Part shown: piece by piece, positions 53,967-64,000 of the stretch | How positions within the stretch are numbered: the first letter of the stretch is position 1 | Layout: the number at the start of each line of letters is the position of its first letter | NCBI GenBank assembly: GCA_951406725.2 | Contig: OX597824.1 | Coordinates: 82,770,001 to 82,834,000, forward strand | From: Octopus vulgaris | Lineage: Eukaryota | DNA: 64,000 nucleotides | Reading direction: 5' to 3' | Translations under genes and position numbers: made by a program | Notes under the pieces: generated by a model | What the model was told of the DNA's origin: nothing | Seen by the model: the letters and a program-made list of their open reading frames with translations, nothing else | Databases searched by the model: none

Positions 53967-54100
53967 GGTGGTGGTGGTGGTGGTGGTGGTGGTGGTAGTA
54001 GTAGTAGTGGTGGTGGTGGTGGTGGTGGTAGTAGTAGTAGTAGTGGTAGTGGTGGTGGTAGTGGTGGTGGTGGTAGTAGTAGTAGTAGTGGGGGGGGGGT
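53252..54100. repeat. (TAG)n/(TGG)n microsatellite field
   Basis: Directly visible in the sequence. Confidence 0.9.
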
Positions 54101-54367
54101 CACTATGTTCACATGTACAACCAGTACCATGTTAATATAACAAACAGACAAGCCAAGGTCAGGAAACACTACGTGGTCAGTTGCCATGCTAGAAGTAGCA
54201 GCAACGAAATTTCCCGCCACGACCACCACAACCACCACCACCACCAAAACACGAAATACAAAGAGTAAATTAACGTAGTCGTCCTAAACACACGAAATTC
54301 AGAGTAAAAAAGACCCCGGGGTAGGGGGGGACGGTTGTTCAATCGAGACAGACCTGGGGTTAAAGAA

Positions 54368-54398
<31 letters not shown>

Positions 54399-55753
54399 GA
54401 TAATTATATCAATAATATCAACAGTGGCAGGAATATTCACAGCAGCAGCAGAAGATGCTGTTTCGCCATATGTGAAGATCATCCTGTCTCTTTTAGCGAT
54501 ATATATTTAGATATATGCGTGTGCTTATATTTGTGTTCTCTAGGGTGTGAATTTGTAAGAGATTTAGCAGCTATTTCAAGCAGGTTGAGAGACGATGTAA
54601 GGACTCCATGATTATTATTACTATTATTATTATTATTATTACTATCATAAAGATGGTGGTGATAATGTGTTAGCAACGAGTATTGAAGAACGGAAGGAGG
54701 AAGACAAACTGGCTAACGGTATCAAGCTAGCTATAACACATACACACACACACACTCAAACGGAAAAGTATGTATTAAATTGATGATGATGATGATGATG
54801 ATGATGATGAGTGTTAAGCTAAAATATTTGTTAAAACTCGTTTTTTCCTCTTTTCTTTCGCTTTGTGTTCGTAATACGAAATGCATGCAAATTTGTACAC
54901 AAGCAATATCAACGCATGCTTTCACTAGAGACAACCACACCTAGTTTGTTTTTTGGTGGGGGGGGTCTAACTTGCCAGATATAAAATATAAACAATTATG
55001 TACAAACACACACACACACAATACATAGGAGAGAAGAAAAAAAAGGGAAAAGCACAAATTTATATGACAGTTCTTGTGCGAGCTTCAAGACAGACCCGGG
55101 GGGGGATAAACAATCTTTAATTCTTCAACGACTTAGTTATCCTACATCATGCATTGTTATGAGGCTCTTAATTTTTGACAGCAACTACATTAAATATCAG
55201 AATGCCTGTGTGGATGCGAGGTACCTCAACACCTGGACAGAACATCAACATTCTATTAGTAGTCACATACTTCCCCCAAAAGTTGACTGCACTTTAGTAA
55301 GTCAAAGCAATTCTGAAGAAATGGTCTGAACCAACATGACACGGATATATTTTACACAACAATGTAATACACTACACCTTGTTGATACAAGAATGATATG
55401 TTATCACCTTTATAAATACAACAGCAATCTGCTGACATCCACTTGGCACTGTAACAATAATTTAACATGTAACAGTGATCTAGTTTCTACAGAGATATCT
55501 TTGCATTGTTTTGCTGATACAACAGAGATGTGCCAATATGCTGTTGTACAACAGCGATATCTTAACATTTTGAAGACAGAACAGAGATAATGCCAACATT
55601 TGGTCAAGATGAGAGCATTATGCTAACAGCCTGGTTAATACACAATATGCCAACACCTTGTCAATACAAGAGCAATGTGTCATTATCTTGTTGATACAAG
55701 AGTGATATGCTAAAAGTTGTTGATACAAAAGCGATATGCCAAAATCTTGTAGG

Positions 55754-56058
55754 TTTGTTCCTTCTTGAGCCATGCCTGGCTCATTAGGGCCGGTTTCCCC
55801 CGGTTTCCTTGGTGCATAGGTTCCCCACCTGGACAGGAAGCCGGTCCATCGCAGGTGAGCTGCAAGATGCAGGAAGAAAGAGTGAGAGAAAGTTGTGATG
55901 GAAAGAGTCAACAGAAGTTTCGCCATTAACTTCTGTTGGAGCCATGTGGAGCTTAGGTGTTTCGCTCATAAACACACATATCGCCCAGTATAAGATTCAA
56001 ACCCGCGATCCCTCGACCACGAGTCTGCTGCTCTAACCACTAGGCCATGTGCCTCCAC
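55754..56058 (-). mobile_element. Full-length tRNA-derived SINE with a 13-14-bp TSD
   Basis: Head GTGGAGGCACATGGCCTAGTGGTTAGAGCAGCAGACTCG..GGTTTGAATC; TSD AAAATCTTGTAGG (55741-55753) / AAAATCCTGTAGG (56059-56071). Confidence 0.9.
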
Positions 56059-56290
56059 AAAATCCTGTAGGTACAACAGTGATATACCAAGATCTTGTCA
56101 ATATGTGAGTGATATATTAAAAGCTTCATAATACAAGGGTTAAGATGACAAAACATTGTTTGATAAGAGAGCAATAGGCTATCATCTTGATACAACAGTA
56201 TTAAAGCAACAGTTGGTTGATGCAAGGGTATATGCTAACAGCTTGTCAATATGAGAGCAAAAGACTATCTACTTGGTATAACAATATTAG

Positions 56291-56514
56291 CCCTTTTGTA
56301 TTCAGATTACCCTATCAAATGTATTGTTTATTCATTCACATTGTATTGAATTAATCATGCGTTGTCGTGAAGCATTGAGATTTCAATGGTGTGGTTGTTT
56401 ATTTTTAGAATGACATTGTAGGGTAGGTGTGAAAGGCGAGATCTGGTTAGTCTGAACATAAAACATAAAAGAATATTTTGCCCAGATACGGCCGGTGGTT
56501 TAAATGCTAGAGAG
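56291..56514. mobile_element. piggyBac-like MITE, diverged copy
   Basis: Colinear with 59639-59857. Confidence 0.7.
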
Positions 56515-57092
56515 TTATGTCAACATCTTACTGATATGATGAGAGCAGTATGCTACTCTGTCAATACAACAGCAATATCCTATCGCCCTGTCAATACAAA
56601 AGCAATATACACCATGTTGATACAACACTGATAAGCTCTAGGTCAATTCAAACACGACAGTTCAAATCAATACAAGAGCAGTATAAAAATATACCAATAT
56701 TTAAGTGATATTCAATACCTTAACAACAAACTAATAGCATAATGTAAACACAACATCCATGCTACTGTACCTTTTCTGTGTATATACATGTTACCTTATT
56801 CATACAATAGACGTACATGTTATTTACACAACAGCCACACATGCTGTCTTACACAGCAGACATGCATGTTTTGTTTATAAAAAAGCTACATGTTGACTTA
56901 TTGCACAATAGAGATACATGCCATCTTATTAACACATGCTGTCTTATTTACACAAGGGAAAGTGAGATAAGCTTTCTTAGTTACATAATCGATGAGGGCC
57001 AATTGCTATGTCTACATAATACTCATATGCATTACTCTATTTACACAATAGTGAAACAAGTTATGTACATGGTATTGATATATATATATATA

Positions 57093-57255
57093 CTTTATTT
57101 AAAAGCAGCAGAAATTTAACAAGAAATTTCATGTGAAACTCCGAGTAACAGCTTTTGTTAAATTTCTGCTGCTTTTAAATAAAGCATATTACTCTACCTC
57201 TGGTATTTGAGTACTCTTTTTTCCATCTTGTTTCACATTTATGTGTTTACTCTGG
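57093..57255. mobile_element. Penelope-like pLTR foldback, second copy
   Basis: Same arms and extension as 1549-1777; retains GAAA-CTC C GAG-TA-ACAG at 57135-57151. Confidence 0.6.
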
Positions 57256-57261
57256 TATATC

Positions 57262-57420
57262 CCACTACACTCACGGAGTGGTTGGCGTTAAGAAGGGCAT
57301 CCAGCCATAGAAACACTGCCAGATCAGACTGGGCCTGGCGCAGCCTTCTGGCTTCCCAGACCCCAGTTGAACCATCCAACCCATGCTAGCATGGAAAACA
57401 GACGTTAAACAATGATGACG

Positions 57421-57422
<2 letters not shown>
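57262..57422 (+). mobile_element. RTE-tailed SINE/LINE 3' end
   Basis: Same tail sequence as 49349-49480 and 50127-50293. Confidence 0.8.
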
Positions 57423-57457
<35 letters not shown>

Positions 57458-57460
<3 letters not shown>

Positions 57461-57635
57461 GGCGCATGGCTCAGTGGTTAGAGCGTCGAGCTTACGATCA
57501 TGAGGTTGTGAGTTCGAATCTCGGACCAGGCTGCGTCCAACACTTTATTTCATGTTGCTCCAGTTTACTCAGCTGTAGAAATGGGTTGCGACGTCACAGG
57601 TGCCAAGCTGTATCAGCCCCTTTGCCTTTCCCTTG
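57458..57635 (+). mobile_element. tRNA-derived SINE 5' part (third family)
   Basis: TGGCTCAGTGGTTAGAGCG (A box) and GAGTTCGAATC (B box), followed by a non-tRNA body. Confidence 0.75.
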
Positions 57636-58349
57636 ACTCATTGGCTCAAAATGGTATATGCCATTCCATGAGATGGAGTAGCACCATTTTGTTGTCTCTC
57701 GACTGGATCTAACAAAGCAAAAACAAGAAACCATATTTGTTTTTGATTCTTTAAAGTTTCTTAAAAATGATGAAAAGCAAGAATTTTTTTTTTTTTTTTT
57801 TGTAAAATACAAAAAAAAAAAAAAAGCTGATTTCATTTCATCTTAGCAGTTCTTGCATTTCACTGATGTTCCAAATACTCTTGGGAAGATATGAAAACAT
57901 CTTATTTTTTCCTCCTCTTCTCAAAACAAAATCTTGTACTAAGGTCAACAGACGCCAACATTTCGAAAAGTTAATTTCTTAACAACGCAAAGGATTACTT
58001 TGCACAAACTTGTAAACAAAGGCAAGGAAAATCTTTTTGCGTTATCAAAAATTGAAGCATTTGGGCGTATTACACATTGCTGGTGTAACATTTCCACAGG
58101 ATTTGGTGCCTATTTCCTAAAGAATGCATTAAGTGCCAAGTGAATAAGATTTACCGAAACTGAGATCCTCTCTTTCTATCATTTAACATCCATTTCCCAA
58201 GCTGGCATCAGTTGAGCTGCACCACATGCAAATGTCTGCTCTGGCACGGTTTTTAGAGTTGGATGCCCTTCCCAATGCTGACCACATCACAGGAGAATAT
58301 GCTGGGTGCTTTTTATTTGGCACCAGCACCTGTGAAGTCACCAAGTAAC

Positions 58350-58458
58350 TTGCTTACCAACCATGTGGCACCTTGGGCAAGTGTCTTCTACTGTAGCCTC
58401 GGGCCAACCAAAGCCTCGTGAGTGGATTTGGTAGACGGAATCGTGAAAGAAGCCCATC

Positions 58459-58532
<74 letters not shown>

Positions 58533-58742
58533 TGTATGTGTGTGTGTGTGTGTGTGTGCTTGTCCCTATAATATCACTTGACAACCAATGCTGGTGTGTT
58601 TACATCCGTGTAACTTAGCCATTCGGCAAAAAGAGACTGATAGAATAAGTACCAGGCTTACAAAGAATAAGTCCTGGGGTCGATTTGCTCAACTAAAGGC
58701 AGTGCTCCAGCATGGCCACAGTGAAATGACTGAAACAAGTTA
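58350..58742 (+). mobile_element. Major SINE with a partly deleted head
   Basis: Body and tail match 52611-53000. Confidence 0.85.
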
Positions 58743-58781
58743 AAGGGTATATATGTATGTATGTGTATATGTATGTATGTA

Positions 58782-58825
<44 letters not shown>

Positions 58826-59638
58826 ACATGAACTACAATGAAAAAAAATGAGAAAGATATGGTATATAATTCTTTTTTGTGCAGGGGTTCCTTCAGGCAT
58901 GTAATTTATTTCAAGGGTTCAGCAAGGGTAAAAAGGGCGAGAAGTATGCTGATTTGTATGCCAGAAAATAAATAGTTTCCTTATGTTAAAGTTTCAGCTA
59001 TTTACTTGAAACGCAGTGATTAAACATTAAACAAATTAAACACAGCTTGCAAATGCTCACAGCTAGCTATCAATTGTAAAGTTTGTTATATCAAATCAAC
59101 CAGCTACCACCACCACTGATATCACCTACAAATGTAAACATTTGCAGATCCATCAAACCTATGTTAAAATGGAAAATAATAATTAATCAACATACATATA
59201 TGATGGCTTAATAATAAGTGACATTTTGGAAGATTCTAATCATGTGTGTCTGTGTCTATGTATGCAAATTGTGGAGGTACATGGCTTAGTGGTTAGGATG
59301 TTGGACACATGATCGTAAGATTGACAAGGTAAATATTTCGGCGGTTGGATGCCCTTCCTGATGCCAAACCTCTCGTTTTCAAACAGGTTAATATTTCTCC
59401 ATGACCAGACATGTTTTCATGGAAGATTGGAAACTAACATATTCAAGTACATAAATATAAATATTCTTGCTTGCATTCGTAAATAAGAGGTCCAAACATA
59501 TCCGCTGCCAGATGATTCCTAGAATGGGTGACATTTCATACTGCCCAGTCCATTCAGCTGGCAAAAATGAGTAATCCTGCTATGGACTGGTGTCTCATCC
59601 AGGTGGGCAATATATACACCATGGAAACCAGCCCTTAA

Positions 59639-59857
59639 CCCATTAGTGTTCAGATTATTCTATCAAACATAATGCTCATTGATTCACATTGATTTGAATT
59701 AATCATGCATTGTCTCATATCTTCAAGATGTTGATGGTGTAATTACTTAATGTAGAATAACATTGTAGGGTAGGTGTGAGAGCCTGGATCTGGTCAGTTT
59801 GAACATAAAACAGATTAACTATTTTGGCCGGATATGGCCGGTTTAAATACTAAAGGG
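59639..59857. mobile_element. piggyBac-like MITE
   Basis: TTAA|CCCATTAGTGTT ... AATACTAAAGGG|TTAA: TTAA TSD and CCC/GGG termini. Confidence 0.8.
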
Positions 59858-60531
59858 TTAAGAGTCAAAATGACTCATGAAGGCAACTTTATCCTTTTTT
59901 GGGGTTTTTTTTTTTTTGCTTATGTACACAAATATGTCTGGCAGCGGGTATGTATGGACCTTATATTTACGAATGCAAGCAAGAATATTTATGCACTTGA
60001 ATATGTTGGTTTCCAATCTTCCACGAAAACATGTCCGGTCGTGGGGAAGTATTAACTTGCTTGGAAACAAGCGAGGTTTGGCATCAGGAAAGGCATCCAG
60101 CTGCAGAAAATATCTACCTCATCAGATTTCATCTGACTCATGCAAGCATGGAAAAATGGATGTGAAATCAATGATGATGATGATGGTGATATAATACATA
60201 TATGTCTCTCCTTCATTTGACATTGTAAGCCATTTCACAATCATCTGTAAAAATCACTTCTGACTATGAAACTGTGTTCAAAGGACTATGTATGGAAAGA
60301 GGTAAGGGTTGGTGACAGGAAGGGCATCCACCAGAAAAAGCAAAAAAATCCTCAAAGAATTTCATCTGACCCCTTCAACTATGAAAAAGGTAAAACATTA
60401 AAACAATGATGATGATGATACTTGTGGTATGTACAGAAGCATGTGTGTGAGTGTGTGTGTGTGTGTATGTAAACAAATAAATATGCACATACATGAATTA
60501 AGAAGGTGTTTAAGGATGTGTCATGTACATC

Positions 60532-60574
<43 letters not shown>

Positions 60575-60638
60575 GCATAAACTGATGGTTTAAGATCCAG
60601 CAGCTGGGTGGATCAATATGAAACACAGGACTCTATAC

Positions 60639-60669
<31 letters not shown>

Positions 60670-60814
60670 TATATATATACACATACAACAAGAATAAGAT
60701 GAATGACCCAAGGTCCTATATACAATAATAATGCATAGAAAAAAAGCACATACACTTATTGATAAGTAAAACAATATAAAATAATCAACACCTGAAAAAA
60801 TATATATATGTCTA

Positions 60815-60846
<32 letters not shown>

Positions 60847-60942
60847 CATACACTTGGAAACAGGCAAGAGCTGATGAGAGGAAGGGTATCAAGCTGTACT
60901 AAAGTCTATCCTAACAATGGAATATACATACACATACGTTTA

Positions 60943-61248
<306 letters not shown>

Positions 61249-61296
61249 GAGAAAGATAGTGAGAGAGAGACGTGTATACACACATACATACATACA

Positions 61297-61335
<39 letters not shown>

Positions 61336-61546
61336 ATAAAGTTATGAAAATACACAGGGAAAAAGGTTAAGCAAATATCTTTTTTTTTTTTAAATCAGAT
61401 ATATATATATAGAAAGAAAAAAAAAAGCAATTAGTTCAATCAAGTACCATTTTTAAACAGAACAGCCTATCTTGAAAATCACAATGATTTAAGTAAAAAA
61501 AAAAACCGCCCCTCAAAACCTCACAAAGAGCCCTTCACAAACACGC

Positions 61547-61584
<38 letters not shown>

Positions 61585-62554
61585 GCGTGTATATATATAT
61601 ATATATATATATATACACTGAATTATATATCACAGCAATTGTATATAAAGTGCCATTTTTCATATCTGTTTACGTTCGTCCTTCATCCATCTTCTCTGGC
61701 AGAAAGAATCACGAGATTAACGCAATGTCATGTGAATGAATGGAAAAGAGGTTGGGGCTGGCGAGGAGGAATCGTTTATCGGAAGATGCCAAACATCATC
61801 AATTTGATCGACTATAGCATTTTAAAATCATCAAAATAATATCGATTAGTAATAAAATATCGATCGATAATGGGAAATTATTGTTATTTTTTTTTCAGAA
61901 TTTCCACATTTAAAATACCCTAATAAATTTGATTTTGATTTTGATTTTTTCCAGTTTCAGCCTAATGAGCTGTGGCCATGCTGGGGCACCGCCATTTGGT
62001 TTGCTACACGATTTTACCTCACGGATGCTTTTTAGCAAACGCCATCTGATGCATGAGAGAGTTCGATGCAGCTGAAATACTTATATTTTTAATATTTTTA
62101 TATTTTTAATTCGGTTTCTAAAATAATTTCCAATTTCAAATTCTAAAAAGCTTGTTTAAGTTTTTTATTAGCTAGATTGGACAAATTTGTTTGGAAATTT
62201 GGAAGCTAATGTAATAATCAGATCCGACACATAGAAATTAATTCATTTTTAATTACTGCTAATTTAATAATTTAGACAGCTAAAAGAATCATGTGATTCA
62301 AGCAGTGGAGTTAGGAAATATTAAACTGTTTTCAGGAAAGGGTTTAAATCGATGAATTTAAAATATATATTGAAAGTAAAATTTTTATAAAACTACAATA
62401 CGTGGCCTTGTGGCATATATATATATATATATATATAGGGTTAGGGTTATCTATATAAACACAAGGCCGTATTTTAATACCACATTAAAGAACTGGAGTG
62501 TCTCAATTAGCTTGGCTCGTGTATTTATGAATTTAAATGGATGAAAAACCAATC

Positions 62555-62609
<55 letters not shown>

Positions 62610-62845
62610 ACCCGTTCAGATACTGAGGGTTTAATTTAAATTCAAGCTATCTACAAGTCCTTCACTTAGTGATGTTTCGTTCCAGGTCGAAAAATTAAAT
62701 CTATATGTTATGTATATGATACAATATCTAGCTCATCAAAAGGCGTCAAGGTCGACGTAGCCACTCATCCTTCCGGAGCCAATACAATTAAAATACCAGT
62801 CAATCCTGACCAAAAAAAAAAACTGGGCCTCTTACGATTTTGCTC

Positions 62846-62879
<34 letters not shown>

Positions 62880-63544
62880 CATGGTTGTGTGCCCGCGTCA
62901 TTCATTCATTCATAAAGACTCGCTAGTTTGAAAGTCGATAAATTATAGTACAGCTCCTGCTCAGGTCACGAGATAGTTTTTAAACAAAGAATCTTTACAA
63001 ATAAAGAGGGGAAAACGAAGAATGCTGTGAAATTTACGAACGTTTTTGAAAGATCTAGGCAGGGAAATTATAGTCGGTGGTTATAATATTGTTCCCAACA
63101 AAAGAAAATTTTTTCATTTGTTTTAAAATTTAGCACAAGGCCATATTTTAATGCCAAAATCGCATTCAAATATGGGAAGAAAGAATAAGCTTGGATCGCG
63201 CCTTTGCAGAAATAATGGTGGGAAGAAAAAAAAAATCAATTTTTAATGAATGAAGTGAAGGAAAATCCCTGAGGAAAAGGGGCCTACGCACATTTTATAG
63301 TCGAAGGGGGAACAGCAAAATTAAAACATTCATGCCTTGCTCTGAAGGTTTTTAATTAGAAATTTAACAAAAAGCTGATAATGAATGGATCATTGAATTT
63401 GGTTAGAAATTTCAGCCAAGATTGAATCGAAACGTTTTAGGATTAAATCGCTTCCAGGGAAATGGTTAAAGGGAAATTAGGGGGATAAGGCCGAGGGGGA
63501 GAGGTAAGACAGGGGACTAGTAATTTGAGTTCGAGAGTAGGGTT

Positions 63545-63935
63545 GTTCTTGTGTAACCCATGATCAGACCCGATCAAGAAAACCTAGGGTAAAAAAGAAT
63601 CCAGCCGTGACCAATCAGTCTTGTTCTGGTACGTTATCCATTATACAAGGATAAAAGGCCAAGCTGACCCGGACAAATTTGAACTCGGAGACGTGGTGTA
63701 TTTTGTCCAACCATCTGAGGGAGATTTGGGTTGCTGTTTCATGAAGGCCACTGAACATTTAGAGGTGTCGTCAGCTCGGATCAAGTGGCATTCCAGCCAT
63801 GACCAACTCGTCGTTTTTTTATTTGCCAAACGCAGTACATCTAAGACAACCTTATTCAATGTTCTGTCCTTTAACTCAGTAGAGTGCAAGCGATTTCAGG
63901 GAGGCTCGGTTATTATTTCTAGCAAATCGAGCGAT
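63545..63935 (+). repeat. Copies of an ancient dispersed repeat (TCCAGCCGTGACCA...GGAGATTTGGCTGCTATTTCTAGCA-like)
   Basis: Similar diverged motifs in both orientations near 23170, 23390, 26880, 27550, 29740, 31150, 31520, 35095, 39120, 48520-48640 and 54560. Confidence 0.55.
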
Positions 63936-64000
63936 GAAAAAAGGGAAAAGCGATTTAGGAACGGTTAAGGAGAGGAAGAAATCCAAGCCATTTCCTAAAA

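Larger units (their letters stand above)
55340..56700. repeat. Old ~29-bp minisatellite (approx. TTGTTGATACAAGAGTGATATGCTAACAN) interrupted by a SINE and a MITE
   Basis: Recurrent GATACAA/AATACAA...ATATGC at ~29-bp spacing. Confidence 0.75.

Noticed and set aside
56980-57068. Possible hammerhead TCGATGA...GAAAC..TTATGTA
   Set aside because: The stem I register and stem II do not fit the HHR geometry.
57458-57535. tRNA gene
   Set aside because: A/B boxes are present but there is no proper acceptor stem and it continues into a SINE body. The same applies at 8432 and 56058.
60870-60900. CTGATGAG hammerhead core
   Set aside because: Explained as a decayed SINE/RTE-tail segment (AGGAAGGGCATCCAGCTGTA); no stems.
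62436-62449. Telomeric TTAGGG
   Set aside because: Only about two units; not a meaningful interstitial telomere.
63621-63968. 115-aa ORF at the window end
   Set aside because: It overlaps copies of the ancient dispersed repeat and has no recognisable motif or splice pair.

Overview
This is eukaryotic, AT-rich, extremely microsatellite-dense DNA: (TA)n, (CA)n, (GA)n, (GATA)n, (CAT)n and (TAG)n tracts occur throughout. The SINE, RTE-LINE and MITE families look like those I recall from Octopus (coleoid cephalopod); this assignment is from memory, not a database search. Almost all ORFs in the track are microsatellite artefacts. The one convincing protein-coding segment is a 215-nt minus-strand internal exon (3799-4013) with canonical splice sites. 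It encodes an RxRxxSxP Akt/14-3-3 motif followed by a BH3 helix (IGLELRRISDEY), i.e. a BAD-like BH3-only apoptosis regulator. A plausible terminal exon lies at 2172-2234; no upstream coding exon was identified in the remaining ~60 kb. The rest is intronic/intergenic: many tRNA-derived SINEs, RTE and APE-LINE relics, mariner/hAT/piggyBac MITEs, several old minisatellites and a few motif-rich islands that may be regulatory. Several Penelope-like pLTR relics carry minimal hammerhead-ribozyme motifs with non-canonical cores.
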